Source: Priapulus caudatus
Lineage: Eukaryota
Reading direction: 5' to 3'
DNA length: 36,194 nucleotides
NCBI RefSeq assembly: GCF_000485595.1
Contig: NW_014577078.1
Location: 695,295-731,488, forward strand
The translations under genes and the position numbers were made by a program. This document shows, piece by piece, positions 1 to 13,613 of this stretch. The notes beneath the pieces were generated by a model. The model was not told where the DNA came from and ran no database searches. It worked only from the letters and a program-made list of their open reading frames with translations. Position 1 is the stretch's first letter, and every line of letters starts with the position of its first letter.

Positions 1-220
<220 letters not shown>

Positions 221-224
<4 letters not shown>

Positions 225-2130
225 GCACCAGGCGCGCGCGTACGTGCGAGTGATCTTTTTCTTACGTCGGAAAGGAACGAGAAATAAACTTCATTACCGC
301 GATGAAACGTTTGGCTACGTTGATCTTTCGTCTGACATTGTTGTAAGAGTTGATGCAGTTGCATGGAAGCATGGAAAAGTGGTCGTTGTTTCGACGTACG
401 TTATTACGACGTACGACATTAGATTTGTATAATTTTAGTAAAAATTAGTTTGTAATTTAGCTTACTTATGCTCCACGGGTGTCCCCGTGAACGTTGATCC
501 GAGCAGCTCTGATCCGAGCAGTTCATGACCGGGAGCAACACTAGTAGCGCTGCATACGGCACGAAAAAACATAGCATGGCATTTCTGTATAGGATTCGTT
601 TAGTACTTGCGTGCGACGCGAATAAGGTTGAAGAAGGTTAGAACGATGGATACGCCACTTTCTACTAATGTTATTTTATGCTGCGACGAGTAACGCTAGC
701 CTAAGTGCTTTTTCTGGAAACCCCACCGCCGCCTTTCACTATCCTCACACCGCATTCATGTATGCGCACGCGCTGCTGGGAGTTTATCGGGCTTTCCGGC
801 GGTTTAACGATTGGACACAAACTCTACACTATATAAACCAGCTAGGTTATACTAACTACTACGGCGCGACGCGTCTCTGTGAAACGGGGGCACGCATTCG
901 TCTTTGTCCGCCATCTTATAGCCGGACTCACGCTCGCTGCGTGATAGATGGATCACGCTGCGGGGACGTTGCTGGAATAAAGCGAGACTAGGTTTGTGAT
1001 TATCACCATTGTATACGGATGGATGTTGTAGCGTGACTGCATGCGGAACGTAACTGCTTCCAGTTTCATTTAATGCCTCGTTACCGACCGTAGGATCTGC
1101 CGTACCAAGCACCCACGCTCTCAGCCGATTATCTATCGATACGGAGCTTCATCGGAACAATATCCATCAACGTTCGATGACTTCTCCTGCGTGTCGCCAT
1201 ATCAACCGCGTATGGCGCCGGTCAGCACGCAATTTCCGGCCGCAAGTCAATTTAAAATAATTATAGTAATTTTAAACTACATATACGGTAAACACCTACA
1301 ACGGATCGATCGCTATATATATGCTAAAATCGTATATCGAAATCAACATCCTAGACCCATATTCTTATATATAGTGTGATTGCGTCGTGCGTAAACGAAA
1401 ATTTGATCAAATTTAAACTAGAAAAACGTTTCTTGTAATTCTTTTGTATATATGTGTCTATTCGCTATAATTCTGCGATTTATATTCCGTATATATTTAC
1501 GGATAGGTTCTAGTACATTTCGTGAGCATATATGATAAAGCAATGCGATCATAATTCAATCTTTATTAATTACCTACACATAATTTTTGTTTATTTTATT
1601 AATTATAATTGTTTATATATATATATATATATTTGTGCGTGTGGGGGTGGTTGCGTGCGTGCGTGCGTGCGTGCGTGAGCGTGTGTGTATGTGTGTGTAT
1701 GTGTGTGTATGTGTGTGGGGGGGAGTTCACTGATTATCGCTATGTTAGCGAGATGCGGCGGAGGCGTGTCTTTCACGCATAGCCTAGCATAGCAATGGGC
1801 GATTTGCCAGAGTTGTAGAGAGCACCGCTCGCTTAGCTTGCTGTTAATAATGCGCCCCTGCGGCAGTGATACGCTGATTACGCGATATAACTCTTCAGAT
1901 CGGCGAGGGAGTAATGATGTGTACGCAAACAGCACATCGAAGCACCGCGGTCGATGCGAGGAGGCAGGAGTGCGCGGCCAAGCAGACAAGGGTCAAGGGT
2001 CGGTCACGATCAGAAGCCAATGCAGCGATGATCATTTCTCTGCTGCCGCGCGGGCATTAGATATAGTAGTCACTACTGCGTTTGCTGCGTATACCACCGC
2101 TCTCCCGAGCCCGCCGTGCATCTACCCTAC
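221..2130 (+). repeat. ~1.9 kb duplicated segment, copy A (cleanest copy)
   Basis: Starts CATTGCACCAGGCGCG... and ends ...GCATCTACCCTAC. The same segment recurs at ~6825..8834 (direct) and ~16371..18440 (reverse complement). Confidence 0.93.
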
Positions 2131-2341
2131 ATACATACATACATACATACATACATACATACATACATACATACATACATACATACATACATACATACAT
2201 ACATACATACATACATACATACATACATACATACATACATACATACATACATACATACATACATACATACATACATACATACATACATACATACATACAT
2301 ACATACATACATACATACATACATACATACATACATACATA
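2127..2341. repeat. (ACAT)n tetranucleotide microsatellite
   Basis: Perfect ACAT run of about 215 bp. It produces the IHTY and MYVC ORFs in the track. Confidence 0.98.
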
Positions 2342-2342
2342 C

Positions 2343-2377
2343 GTGGACCGAAGGTTGAATTCAACCTTCGGTCCAAC
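2343..2377. other. Residual Roche/454 FLX paired-end linker (library artifact)
   Basis: Palindrome GTGGACCGAAGGTTGAATTCAACCTTCGGTCCAAC matches the FLX linker GTTGGAACCGAAAGGGTTTGAATTCAAACCCTTTCGGTTCCAAC (recalled from memory) with homopolymers shortened. It sits at a contig end directly before a 10-N gap. Confidence 0.88.
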
Positions 2378-2387
2378 NNNNNNNNNN
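2378..2387. other. Assembly gap (10 N)
   Basis: Run of N. Confidence 0.99.
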
Positions 2388-2463
2388 TCTCTCCGTACCT
2401 CTCTCCGTACCTCTCTCTCTCTCTCTTTCTCTCTCTCTCTTTCTCTCTATCTCTCTTTCTCTA

Positions 2464-2506
<43 letters not shown>

Positions 2507-2542
2507 GTACCTCTTTCTCTCGCGCGCACTCTCTCTCTCTCT
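2388..2542. repeat. Imperfect (CT)n microsatellite
   Basis: CT-rich low-complexity tract. Confidence 0.9.
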
Positions 2543-4044
2543 TTGCATGTGTGTGTATCGACCCCTCATTACGATGTCTAAAAGCCGTTTGTGCTCGGTC
2601 TACGCATGCGCAAGGTAAACCATCTCTCTCTGTCTTTCGCCTTTCTCTCTTTCGCTCCCCCTTCTCCGTGAGCTGTCTAAATGGCGGACTACCACTACAA
2701 CATACGGGGCGTATATATGATGTATAGCGTGTATATACGCTACATCATATAGTTGAAGGCGGGCAACCAGAAAACTAATGATTGCCTCAAGATACGTACC
2801 TGACCGTTTTTTCCCAGTTTTTTACAAGTTGCTAAATGCTTCTTCTCCGTCGCCTGTAATTTTGTTTCCTTAGAATCACAACGCAGTAATTGTTTAAAAC
2901 ACAAGGCAGCATTTGCACAGTCAGTAACGAGTATAACGTCCATCCACCTCGTATCGTTTTGTTTTTGTTCGGCGAAAGTTTCAGTCATCAGATTGTCCAT
3001 AGGAACAGGTTTTTGGGTGAATTTTTTTCAGAGACAGGTTGCTGACCTTAGGCGGCTTCCATCAATGTAATTAGGACTCCATGTAATTAAGATTAACGCT
3101 TCATGACAGCAACGCGTTAACAATGATTATGATAAGTTCAGCTGTCGCTGGCGTTTTCTTGTAATTAATCCCCCAGGTGTTGAACAAGTAAATACCTTCA
3201 GCTTTTCTAAGAGCATGCGAAAAGTCTTATTTCTTGCTTCCGGGTACAAGAGAATGCCTTCGTGCGAGAACAAACTAAGAGCCCCAAATTAGCTTCTCTG
3301 CTAGATATAGAATGGATATTAGAATAAATTAGAACTTTCAACTCTTGCCTTGTAAAGGAATGTCTCTCAGAGTTACTGCTTTCGTGATAGGTGAGGTATA
3401 TTTGGACATCGCTATAAACATTAGACCATCCTCAGCACCCCCTCTAGGCAACACTCTCTTCCCCGAGGACAGTATATCATCTTCGATTTTTTCTTCCTGC
3501 GAACAGTCGACTGTTCCCTAGTTGGAATAATTAGACCATCCCCGAGGACTTTTTCAGTCAACTGTCGGCCAGCCTCACCCTCTGCCCCCACATGTGAAGT
3601 ACAGCACACCAGCCTCCTCTCCCAGTGATTAGTTGATTCTCCCCCAAACTGTCCTTTCTGTAAACAGTATATCATCCACCCATAACCTCTCTCTCGCGTG
3701 AATAGTAAACCACACAAAACCTCTCCTTGCCTAAAGTAGCAAACTGCTATATATCAGATGTTGCTATATATGGCATGTCAAACCTTTTACGTTCGCGGCA
3801 AGCGATTGCATACTGATCGAAATAAAGCATTCCAGATATTTCGGCCCGTACATATCCGTAGTGCATATGAATAGTATTACTAGTGGTCGTAGTAGCTATC
3901 GCGGCTCTTACGTGCTTTCGGATGCAAATTCAAACTCGAGTCGTGGCGCCGGTAAAAATGGACGAAGATCAATACTAATATTAGGGTTGCGTTTTTCAAA
4001 TGCATAATCAATATATAATGCCTGTTTACCCTATATGATAAACG

Positions 4045-4541
4045 TGCGCGCACACACGCACACACAATCATACACACAAACACCAACCACCACACACACA
4101 CACACACCACAGCACACACACACACACCAGCACACACACACTTATACCTACGCACATAACACACATCGCGCGCGCGCCACGCACGCACACACGCACAGAG
4201 ACACTCGCAGGCGCGCGCACGCACGCACGCACGCAGCACGCACGCACGCACGCCGCACGACCACACACATCACACACACACAAACCACACGCCACACAAC
4301 ATTCTTACTATTTATATATATTATATATTACATATACACCACACAACACACACACACACATCACCGCAACACACACAGCACACCACACACACACACACTA
4401 CACACACACACCACCCCCACACCACACACACACACACATACAACACACACACCCACCATACTACATACATATCATCCATACATCATACATACATACTACA
4501 TACATACATATCATACCATTACATATACATACATACATACA
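4045..4541. repeat. Degenerate compound microsatellite (CA)n/(GCAC)n/(ACAT)n
   Basis: Low-complexity tract with many single-base indels. Confidence 0.9.
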
Positions 4542-5409
4542 CGGAGAAGCGCAAGTACACGTACACGCGGACAAAACGCACGATGTACACGCAACTACAT
4601 TCATTGTCGTGAATAGTTTTTCATGAGCATGAGGCAATACGTCGCCCGGAGGGACGACGACGTGCGTTCGCAATCGAATCACGTGATCCCTATACGCCGA
4701 ATGAGATAGATGAGACATGATTTTTTCAAGCCTTACCTTTTCGTACTGCGACGCGGATCGCCACGAGGCTTTTCGCTGCGTCCTCATCCTCGTCATGCAC
4801 AACTGCCGCGTCTCCGCTGCTGCCGCCGCTGCTACCCTCGCTGCTGCTACTGCTGTTTTTTGTTTTCGCGGACGGATGCTGCGGCTGTTTCAGACGCTAC
4901 GGCTGCGGCTGCTGCTGCGACACGTGTATGCGATACGAGACGCGCTGCAGCTTCAACAGATTTCCCATCGGACGATGTTTTCTTAACTTTAATCAGTCGA
5001 CACCGAGCGGTGCTGCGCGACAATTACAGATGCGATGCGGGTGACAGACTATACGCCACAGGTCGTACGGCTGTCATCCGCTGCGCTTGCCCACTGCATG
5101 CGCACTACTTCGAGGATTTTCACTCCTGCCTCGGGGCCACACTAACGCAACGACGCGTCGATGGCTGGCACCGCTAAAGGAGCGGGTCACGTTACGTCGG
5201 CCTCCTACTAAAAAGCGCAGCATCCCGCCAAGCGCAGCTCTTCTGGCTTCCTCCTCATCCCGCAGGCATCCGACGATGACGACGATTATTTCCGGATTGC
5301 GCGCGTTTTGCCGAAATGCCGTCGGCTGTTGACGACGAGAATTCTGTCGAAACCCTTCCGCGTCGTCGGCGTGCCAACGTCGGAATTGAATCCCGCCCCG
5401 CGCAGCAAA

Positions 5410-6432
5410 GGGCGGACAAGCAGCGGCAAGCAGCAGCAGCACGGCGCGCGCAGCGGCAGCGCAGCGGCTCGGCCAGCAAGCAAGCGCAGCAGCGATCAGC
5501 AGGCAACGCAGCAATCAGACGGCAGCAACAGCGACGGCAGCAGCAACGGCCGGGCAGCAGCGGCAGGCAGCGGAGCAACGCGACAGCGCGGGCGCAGCAG
5601 CGGGCAGAGCGGCAGCCGCAGCAGCTGGCAGCCAGCTAGCAGCGGACAGGCCCAGCAGCGGCAACGCAGCAGCAGGCAGCCGCCAGCAGACGGCAGCAGC
5701 CAGCAGCGGCGCAGCAGCGCAGCGGCACCAGACAGTGGCCAGCCACGGCAGCACAGCACCAGCAGCGGTTAGCAGCAGCAGCGGCAGCGCGCGTAAGCAA
5801 CAGAGCAAGCTGCCAGCAGCAGCCAGCGACAGCAGCAGGCCAGCAGCCAGCGGCGCAGGCAGCAGCAAGCCCATAGGCAACATCGCAGCGGCAGCCAGCG
5901 CAGCAGCGTATGCAGCAGTCAGAGCGGCAGGCAGGCACGCAGGCAGACAGCAGCAGCGCGTCCGGCGGCAGGCAGGTGCAGCTTCGGCAGGCAGGCAGGC
6001 AGGCAGCGCAGCACGCCAGCAGCAGCAGCACACGGGCAGCAGCCGCACCGCCAGCAGTAAGCAGCAGCGGGGCAGGAGCTGGCAGCGCAGCAGGCAGCCG
6101 CGGCGCGGCAGCAGTAGCGCACCGGCAGCAGCAGGCAGCTGCAGCAGCAGCGCAGCGCAGCAGCCAGCGCACCACCGCACCAAGCAGCGGCGGGCAGCGT
6201 TGGCTGGGCGACAGAGCAGCGCAGTGCAGCAGCAGCCAGCAGCAGCGGCGCAGCAGCAGCAGCGGCAGACGGCCGCGGCGGCGGTCTGGAGCTAAAAGAA
6301 ACGAGCGCCTCGGTCCTAAACCGTAGATTAGCGATGGCGTCGTTCGTCAACTGGATCCCACGCAGCGACGTCGTTTCGTATCGTAATTCTGGCGACTGGC
6401 AAGGAGGCGGGCCTCTTTGATGCGATACGCAG

Positions 6433-6435
<3 letters not shown>
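5410..6435. repeat. (CAG/CGG)n-rich tract plus ~140 bp unique tail, noisy copy
   Basis: Shares internal landmarks (AGACAGTGGC, CCATAGGCAACA, GGCAGGAGCTG) and the tail AAACGAGCGCCTCGG...GATGCGATACGCAGTCT with 12943..13800. Confidence 0.88.
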
Positions 6436-6481
<46 letters not shown>

Positions 6482-6824
6482 ATTTCTTTCTCTCTCTCTA
6501 TTTCTTTCTACCTCTTTTTTTCTTTCCCTCTCTCTCTCTCTCTCTCTCTTTGTCTGTCTCTTTCGCTCTCTCTCCCTCTCGCTATCCCTCTCTCTTTCTC
6601 TCTTTCTCTCTGTCTCTTTGTCTCTCGCCTCCCTCTCTCTTTCTCTCTCTCTCTTCTCTCGCGCTCTCTCTCTCTTTCTCTCTCGCCGCTCTCTTTTCTC
6701 TCCTTCTCTTCTCTCTCTCTCTCTCTCTCTCCTTCGCTCGCGCTCTCTCTCTCTTTCTTCTCTCTCTCTCTTCTCTCTCTCTCTCTCTCTCTCTCTGCTC
6801 TCTCTCTCTCTCTCCGCTCTCTCT
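6435..6824. repeat. Degenerate (CT)n microsatellite
   Basis: Noisy counterpart of the tract at 1..220. Confidence 0.92.
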
Positions 6825-9223
6825 ATTGCACCAGGCTGCCTGCGTACGTCGAGTGATCTTTTTCTTACGTCGGAAAGGAACAAGAATAACTTCATTAGCC
6901 GCGATGAACGTTTGGTACGTTGATCTTTTGGGTCTGACTTGTCTGTAAGATGGTTATCGCAGTTGCATGGAAGCATGGAAATGTGGTCGCTTGTTTCGAC
7001 GTTACGTTTTACGACGTACGCTTAGATTTGTATAATTTTTAGTAAATTTAGTTTTTGTATTTAGCTTACTTATTGCGTCCCGGGTCCTGTCCGTGAACGT
7101 TGATCGAGCAGCTCTGATCGGAGCAGTTCAATGACCGGGCACACTAGAATAGCGCTGATACGCATGCGAAAAACCACCCATAGCATGGCATTTCTGCTAT
7201 AGGGATTCGTTTAGTACCTTGCGTGCCGAGGCGATTAGAGGAGGCTTGAGAATGCGTTAGAACGATGGCATACGCACTTTCTAATAATGTTATTTTTATT
7301 TCTTGCCGCAAGTAACGCTGCCTAAGTGCTTTTTCTGGAACCCCACCGCCGCCTTTTCACTATCCTCAACCGCATTACATTGTATGCGCCACGCGCTGCT
7401 GCGGGAGTTTTATCGCGGCTTTCCTCGGCGCGTTTAACGATTGGACACAAACTACGACACTTTATAAACCAGCCTAGGTTATTACTAACTACTTACGGCG
7501 CGACGAGTATTCTCTTGACACGGCGGCACGCATTTCGTCTTTTGTCCGCCTTCTTTATAGCCGGGGACTCTACGCTTCGCTTGCGTGATAGATGGTATCA
7601 CGCTGCTGCGGGACGTTGCTGCCGCATAAGCGAGACTAGGTTTGGTGATTATCCACCTTGGTATACGGAATGGTGTTGTAAGCGTGACTGCATGCGCGAG
7701 TAATGCCCCTTCAGTTTCAATTTAATGCTCGTTACGACGCTTAGGATTGCCGTACGAAGCACCACGCTCTTCAGCCGATTATCTATCGATGCGGAGCATT
7801 CATCGGAACAACTTATCCATTCAAGTTCGATGACTTCTCCTGGTTATGTCGCCATATCACGCGCTATTGGCGCCGGTCAGCACTGGCATTTCGCGCCGTG
7901 CTAAGTCATTTAAAAATAAATTTATCAGTAATTTAACTACATATACAGGGTAAACACCTACAACGCGCCTCGATCCGCCTATATAGTATGCTCAAATCGT
8001 ATATCGAACTCAACATCCTGAGACCGATATTCTTCTATCTAGTGTGATGCGTCTGTCGCGTAACGAAATTTGAATCAATTTAAACTAGAAACGTTTCTTG
8101 CTAATTCTTTTGTATATATGTGTCTATTCGCTATAATTCTGCCCGATTTCTATTCCGTATATATTGTTACTGGGTAGGTTCTAGTTACATTTCTGTGAGC
8201 CTATTATGATGAGCAATGCGATTCATACTTCATCTTTTATTATTAACCTACCATAATTTTTGGTATATTTTATTACATTATTAATGTTTATATATACTAT
8301 ATATCTTTTGTTGCGTGTGGGCGGTGGTTGCGTTGCGTGCGTGCGTTGGCGTGCGTTGAGCGTGTGTGTATGCTGTGTGTATGTGTGTGTATTGTGTGTG
8401 GGGGGGAGGTCACTGATTGTTATCGCCTATGTTAGCGATGATTGCGGCGGTAGGCGTGTCTTTCACGCATAGCCTAGCATAGAAATGAGGCGATTTGCCA
8501 GAGTTGTAAGACAGAGCACCGCTCGCTTAGCTTGCTGCTTAATAATGCGCCCCTGCGGCCAGCTGATACGCTGCATTAGCGCACTATAACTCTATCAGAT
8601 CGGCGCAGGAGTAATGATGTGTACGCAACAGCACATCGAAGCCCGCGGTCGATGCGAGAGGAGGCAGGAGATGCGCGGCCAAAGAGACAGGGTCAAAGCG
8701 GTCTGCGTCACGCATCAGAGCCAATCGCAGCGGATGATCATTTCTTGCTGCCCGCGCGGGCATTAGATATAGTGTCACTACTGCGTTTGCTGCGATATTA
8801 CACCGCTCTCGCAGCCCGCGTGCATCTACCCTACCTACATAGCATACATACATAAGCATTACATACATACATACTACATACATTACAATACTAATACATA
8901 ATATACATCATCATCATACATACATACTATTCATACATACATACATTACCATCATCCATACAATTACATACATTACGATAATACATACATAAATACATAC
9001 ATCATATCACACACCACACACCACGTACACACACACACACACACCACAAACACACACACACGGCCACATACACACACACACACCGCGGGCCGCGCGGCAC
9101 ACACACACACCACACACACACACACACACACACCACACATCACAACACACAACACACACCGACACATACACGCACACACACACCCACACACATCACTCAC
9201 AACCACACGCCTAGCGCGCGCGC

Positions 9224-9261
<38 letters not shown>

Positions 9262-11032
9262 TGTGTGTGTGTTTGTGGGCGCGTATATATATATAGTGTA
9301 TATTTATGAATTTCTATGTCGCAGAGTAACAACGCATGCATATGCCGTATACATAATATATAACATGTACGCTACTCTCACAAACATGACGATCCGAGTA
9401 TAAACGTACGTAGAGCACATAAACACCCACCTGCGCACAGCTGGTCGTCTGCAAAGATTATACTTATGGGGGAGGGCGTTCTCCTGCACGAGGGGTCATA
9501 TCGCGAGAAAGGCCGTCGCAAAGCCTTTTACGCCGCCTACTTTACGGCTTATGAAGCGTCGTCGTTAGCAGCCGAAATAGGTCCGACGAGCACCAGGACA
9601 TCTTCACCGTATGGCTTCCTTACAAATCCGTATCGAACACAAACTCGCATGCTAGCGACAAAACGCACACGTGCGATATCTCAGCGGTGTTGTGACGAAC
9701 TGTGACTAGTACTTTAGAGTGTAGATTACAACGTTGAGCCGTTCCTTTATGTCATTATCGTGGAGTTACGGTAATACTCTCAAAGAAGAAATCCCAATGG
9801 TGACCTATGTTGTATTTCCATGGCACCATTGCGTAATTAATAATGGAGGAGATCCTCATTAATTATCGCCCCAGTTTGCTTATTACGTCGATAAAATATT
9901 CATAACGTTACTTTAATATCTCCTAGCTCTTTCTTACTATGTGCGTTAGCTGCCACCCGTTAGTGTAGACATTAGCTTACGCGTGGTGTTGTGCTCTGAT
10001 TCTACTTAATTATACTAAAAGTCAGGGACTAGAACAACTTAGACTATAAGTCAGCTTAGACTGTAAGTCAGGGTGAGTGTGTTTTGTGATGCGGAGTCGC
10101 TGTCATTTCATTTCAACCCTTCATTTCAGGTATATCATGTATTCGAAAAACAAGACAAGCCTGTGATGTTCATGGATGTATTAGTTTAGCAAAGAAACTC
10201 ACACGCGTTTATTCAACATGCACTTAATGTAATGAATCCCAATTGGTTATCGAAAACCAAGTGACGGCATGGAGACAATATGGCTGGCGTACCATGTACG
10301 TCTTTTGGTCAGCGTGATCATCACGAAACCGTTGGATTTGTGTTGCAAGATGAGTATTTACGAGATTAATAAGTCTTTTAAATTATTTAATTTAATTTTA
10401 TCATATCTATGAGCATTACGAAATTTTATTTGGACGTGGACGCGGTGTAGCACTCGTGTCGATCGCTGCGCGTTTCAGAATGGCTTGTCGTGACCACTAT
10501 ATGCCGGTGTCAGTCCTACATCAGTCTGCTACATAAATTCCGCCGTGTGCCAGAATTCCGACAGCACACGATACCGCGGCTGCTGCACAGCTCACGCCGA
10601 ATATAGTAACTAACATGAACAAGAGTGCGTTTGTCGGTTTCGACATGACCACTTACAGGACCGACCGCACTCCTTCACGGTTGCACGCTGCGGTGAACAG
10701 AAAAAAAAGCTGAGCGTTTCACATTCGTTTCATCCGATGACAGTGAAACTATCTTGCGTCGAGTCGCTTACTGCATGTGTAATTCCTCAAGCGATGTAAT
10801 ACTCGCCCCCGATAACCGATATCAACAATTCTCGACGAAGTCTGCAAACTCGCCGCTTCCGCGAGGCGGTGACGCTGCGCATGCGCATAAAATATTACTC
10901 CACCTCGTTCCGATCGATGCAAAGACCTTGCAGATTTTTCACACCTTATAGATGTGGCGCTGTCGTCGATCGCGGACCATTATTTGAAATTGCGTTAGTT
11001 GGACGCGAATATTACGCACTCGCCCGTCTACG
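6825..11032 (+). repeat. Duplicated segment, copy B (copy A equivalent, then ACAT/CA microsatellite, then ~1.8 kb extension)
   Basis: 6825..8834 is collinear with 221..2130 with dense indels. The whole interval is the reverse complement of 14044..18440. Confidence 0.92.
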
Positions 11033-11702
11033 GCAGGCGTTCTCGCAGACGTATTATATATATGGAGAAATGACGTGATTTGATTTTTTTCCCCGCCATC
11101 CAGTCTCATGAATGTTGCACGCGGAAACGAGAGAGAGACTTGCGTGTGTTGTGTGCATGTCTACGCACCCGTGAGCAGCTCGTTGTTGCGGCAGTAGCAC
11201 GGACGATCCAATTTCGTCAGGTGAAGCTAGATAAGATTCCGCTCTCCTGGAATCTGCCGTCTGCCACATTTTCATCAATACGAAAACGAGATAAAGAAAG
11301 GGTCGCGATCGGCTGGTCGTGGGCGATGGCACGTGAAATGATCTTGCAACTCTAGCTATACGGGCTAGGCGTGAGTGCGAATCTTGAGTATGTACACCTT
11401 CTTTCGCACACAAACCTTTATCTAAATACGTGCGGAGTTTTCGCGACTACTAAAATACAATATACAATACAATATATAAGATATATAATACAAAAGAATA
11501 CAAATATAATACAATATAAAATACAATATACAAATAAAATTCCTTCTCGAAGACAGGAAACTTGGCATGAGATTTCTCTATATAATTCTTCCATTTCTAT
11601 AAAATTTCGACTGCCTTAATCATACTCAATTGATGTTCGGTCATTGCTGCACTTGGTCACGATTACTAACGCTTACGAAGATGACTTGGGCACGCTAGCT
11701 GG

Positions 11703-12262
11703 TATTGTATGCAACAAGCGGTGGTAACGGGACGTGACGCAATAAGCACGTCACACCTAGAGCATCTACATGTATAGGAGGGTTGACGAACGCGCAAACG
11801 ACAATAGACGGGCGCGTCCTCCCGCATCCGCCTTGTGCTAGGGATAGGTCGCACCTGCGAACGGGCATCGCTTGCTTCCCAGCAAGCGTCTGGTTTTAGA
11901 CAGACGAGTTTCTAGAGCCGGTTTTGAGCCCATATATATAAGCAGCATTTTGACAAGCAGAAAATACACAAGATATAAGATTTAGAGAGACTATGTAGTC
12001 AGTCAGAGAGCCTAGGCATGGTTGCCTATAGGCTGTATTATATATATATATATTTGTATGTGTAGTTAATAATAAAAGTCTATGTGAAACTACTAATCCG
12101 TGACTACGTCTACGTCTACGTCTACTGCATGTGGTTATCTCTGCTCTCTACGCTGCTGCTGTTAAACCTCTCTCTACTGGTTATCTACGGGACAACGCTG
12201 TTACTCTACGCTGTCGACGCGTCCATCCTACACGGAGATCTACAACCTTTCGCAGTACAACA
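11703..12262 (+). mobile_element. Probable solo LTR of an LTR retrotransposon (Ty3/gypsy-like, 4-bp TSD)
   Basis: Termini TATTGTATGC...GCAGTACAACA form an imperfect TG...CA inverted repeat. CTGG flanks both ends (11699..11702 and 12263..12266). A TATATATAAG box at ~11933 precedes AATAAA at 12071..12076, the usual U3-R-U5 order. Confidence 0.62.
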
Positions 12263-12942
12263 CTGGCAAGGTTTACACGATGATAAGACGAATATCGCCC
12301 AACAATAGTAGACAGCCCTCACATGATCGCGTGTGCTAGCAAAGAAAACTAGTCGACAAACGGAAAAGTCATCAATAGTATTTTCCTTCCGTTACGCTTT
12401 CCCATTACGGAGGAGAAAATATTCTTGTAACGCAAGATGAATACTCGAACTCGATTGCATTTTGCACTTTACACACACGCAATCGGACACGACTAATCAA
12501 GGGAGCAATTAGGGAAACATTACCTGTTCAGAACGCATCACGCAACCAATTGATGCAACCGCGATAGTAAGCAGTCAGCTAATTGAACCTTCAAAGCAAC
12601 GTATAGCGTACGAACGCACTGTAACAACCGAGTAAACCCTTCTACTGCCCCGACTGTATGTACTTAATATAGTGGATGATAAGAAAGATAATGAAAACAC
12701 TAAACTCCGGTGAAAGGGCTACTAGAGAAGTTCGAGAAGTGGTTCGTTTGTCGATGAATGTTTTCTTGTAATGGCGAATTCGTGTGGTCGAAAAATCGGT
12801 GTCTTGATTGTGTCTTGACACAAAATCTTCGTGTCAGTAACGATTCGCCGAACAGAAATTGCTTTGCACCATCCATCTTGATGACAGCCTCTCGCTCGAT
12901 GAGGATGTTATGTTTCCGAACATCGAACAACACGCGATCACT

Positions 12943-13509
12943 CAGCAGCAGCGACAGCGACAGCAGCGGGCAGCAGCAGCGGCAGCAGCGGCAGCAGCAG
13001 CAGCGGCAGCAGCAGCAGCGGCAGCAGCAGCAGCGGCAGGCAGCAGCGGCACGCAGCAGCAGGCAGCAGCAACGGCAGCAGCAGCAGCGGCAGCAGCAGC
13101 AGCAGCGGCAGACAGTGGCAGCACCGGCAGCAACAGCAGCAGCGGTAGCAGCAGCAGCGGCAGCAGCAGCGATAAGCAACAGCAGCAGCTGCAGCAGCAG
13201 CAGCGACAGCAGCAGGCAGCAGCAACGGCGGGCAGCAGCAGCCATAGGCAACAGCAGCAGCGGCAGCAGCAGCAGCGGATGCAGCAGCAGAAGCGGCAGG
13301 CAGGCACGCAGGCAGACAGCAGCAGCAGCGGCGGCGGCAGGCAGTAGCAGCAGCGGCAGGCAGGCAGGCAGGCAGCAGCAGCAGGCAGCAGCAGCAGCAG
13401 CAAGCAGCAGCCGCACCGGCAGCAGCAGCAGCAGCGGAGGCAGGAGCTGCAGCGGCAGCAGCAGCAGCAGCGGCGGGCAGCAGTAGCAGCACCGGCAGCA
13501 GCAGCAGCT

Positions 13510-13542
<33 letters not shown>

Positions 13543-13580
13543 CCACCGCCACCAGCAGCGGCGGGCAGCGGCAGACAGGC

Positions 13581-13613
<33 letters not shown>

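Noticed and set aside
1838..2618. Long ORFs with IHTY, MYVC and SLSL repeats
   Set aside because: Translations of (ACAT)n and (CT)n microsatellites, and some run through an N gap.
5255..6976. Many overlapping Q/A/S/R-rich and RE/SL ORFs
   Set aside because: Stop-poor triplet and dinucleotide repeats in noisy sequence, with no recognisable domain.
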